From the NCBI RefSeq assembly GCF_006345805.1, contig NC_043003.1, positions 109,244,001-109,308,000 of the forward strand: 64,000 nucleotides of DNA, given 5' to 3'. Source of the DNA: Octopus sinensis (lineage: Eukaryota). The translations under genes and the position numbers were made by a program. The notes beneath the pieces are model-generated. The model was given only the letters and a program-made list of their open reading frames with translations. It searched no databases and was not told where the DNA came from. The first letter of the stretch is position 1. Each line of letters begins with the position of its first letter. Shown piece by piece: positions 62,760 to 64,000 of this stretch.

Positions 62760-62870
62760 TTATCTATCTATCTCTCTCTATATATATACATATATATATA
62801 CCCATGTATGTATGTATGTATGTATTTATCTATCTATCATCTATCTATCTCTCTCACTATATATATACAT
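61968..62870. repeat. Higher-order satellite: six units, each (TCTA)n-(TC)n-(TA)n-CATATA..CCCATG-(TATG)n
   Basis: CCCATG anchors at 62031, 62173, 62320, 62475, 62632 and 62801. Confidence 0.9.
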
Positions 62871-62953
62871 ATATTCTAAGGAGTAACCTGTCAAAAGAAA
62901 TCAGTTTGGGCTTTGGTTGCATTCGTACCTCTGCAGACTACGGTTACCTTATG

Positions 62954-63066
62954 GCCGGTACCCTTACTAATAGCCGGTACCCTTACTAATAGCCGGTACC
63001 CTTACTAATAGCCGGTACCCTTACTAATAGCCGGTACCCTTACTAATAGCCGGTACCCTTACTAAT
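62954..63066 (+). repeat. Six copies of the 19-mer GCCGGTACCCTTACTAATA (last copy lacks the final base)
   Basis: Units start at 62954, 62973, 62992, 63011, 63030 and 63049. Confidence 0.95.
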
Positions 63067-63294
63067 TTCTCTAGCAAGTGACATATCAGGGACTTGAAGC
63101 AATATCAATTATCTCAAGAATCTTCTCTGTCTTTCGTTCAGGTGCACCCGTTTTTAATTTTATAAAATCATTATCGGTCTGTTAGGTAAACTGATTTCAC
63201 TATCTTTCGGTACAAGTATGGCAACTGTCAACATTTTGCTGATTTCTCAACGTTCTCAGCAGTTTACAGAAAATTTTATTTATATACTCTTTTT

Positions 63295-63670
63295 CACTCT
63301 TTTACTTGTTTCAGTCATTTGAATGTGGCCATGCAGGAGCACTGCCTTTAGTTGAGCAAATCTACCCCAGGACTTTGTAAGCCTAGTACTTATTCTATCG
63401 GTCTCTTCTGCCAAACCGCTAAGTTATGGGGACAAAAACACATCAGCATTGGTTGTCAAGCGATGTTGGGAGGACAAACACAGACACATAAACACACACA
63501 CATATATACATATATACGACGGGCTTCTTTCAGTTTCCATCTACCAAATCCACTCACAAGGCTTTGGTTGGCCTGAGGCTATAGTAGAAGACACTTGCCG
63601 AAGGTGGCCATGCAGTGGACTGAACCCGGAACCATGTGGTTGGTAAGCAAGCTACTTACCACACAGCCAC
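63295..63670 (-). mobile_element. SINE family A, full copy
   Basis: Tail-to-head match. Confidence 0.85.
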
Positions 63671-63877
63671 TTTAGCAATGTCTTTCATGTACTAATGATT
63701 GTCAAACTCTCAATCATTCTCTCTCTCACTCTCTCTCTTTCTCTCACACACACACATGCGCATACACACATGCATAGAATTTTCTGTAAACTGCCGAGAA
63801 CGTTGGGAAATCAGCTGGTAAAATTATTATACTTGTTATACTTATACTGAAAGGCTGTCAGTGACTTTTTAAAACTC

Positions 63878-64000
63878 CGGATCTTTTCGGTTTGACCGGC
63901 AGTTTTTAAAAATAATTTCCACGTAACTAAATACTTTTAAACTTCATATACTGGTAGAATGTGTTTATAAAACATTTTTTTCTCTTGGCTTTATTGAGAA
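63878..64000 (-). mobile_element. Second copy of the 285-676 MITE (runs off the window end)
   Basis: Reverse complement of about 545-677. Confidence 0.8.

Noticed and set aside
62954-63066. CRISPR-like appearance of the 19-bp array
   Set aside because: The repeats are contiguous with no spacers, there are no cas genes, and the context is eukaryotic.

Overview
AT-rich, repeat-saturated animal DNA. The SINE families and the dense (TA)n, (TATC)n and (CAT)n microsatellites suggest an octopus or other coleoid cephalopod (inference). I found no host exon I can identify with confidence, so this is probably intergenic or deep-intronic sequence; almost all listed ORFs are microsatellite read-through. 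Recognisable content includes hundreds of bases each of decayed R4/Dong, CR1 and RTE LINEs, Penelope-like (PLE) remnants, a complete but dead Tc1 with long IR/DR ends, two mariner remnants, MITEs, a Helitron-like insertion, dozens of SINE copies from about five families, and a 99-N gap. The standout is a young 2.57-kb element at 12385-14951, inserted in (TA)n. It carries one intact ORF on the minus strand (451 aa from the first ATG; LINE-ORF1/gag-like, with a CX2CX4HX4C knuckle) and no reverse transcriptase. The ORF lies between two 211-bp direct repeats 2109 bp apart. Each repeat contains a type I hammerhead ribozyme fold in the ORF sense, and a 250-bp-arm fold-back palindrome caps the 5' end. 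This looks like a protein-coding, retrozyme-like or non-autonomous PLE-type element. About ten further hammerhead-like motifs from several PLE-derived repeat families are scattered through the window.
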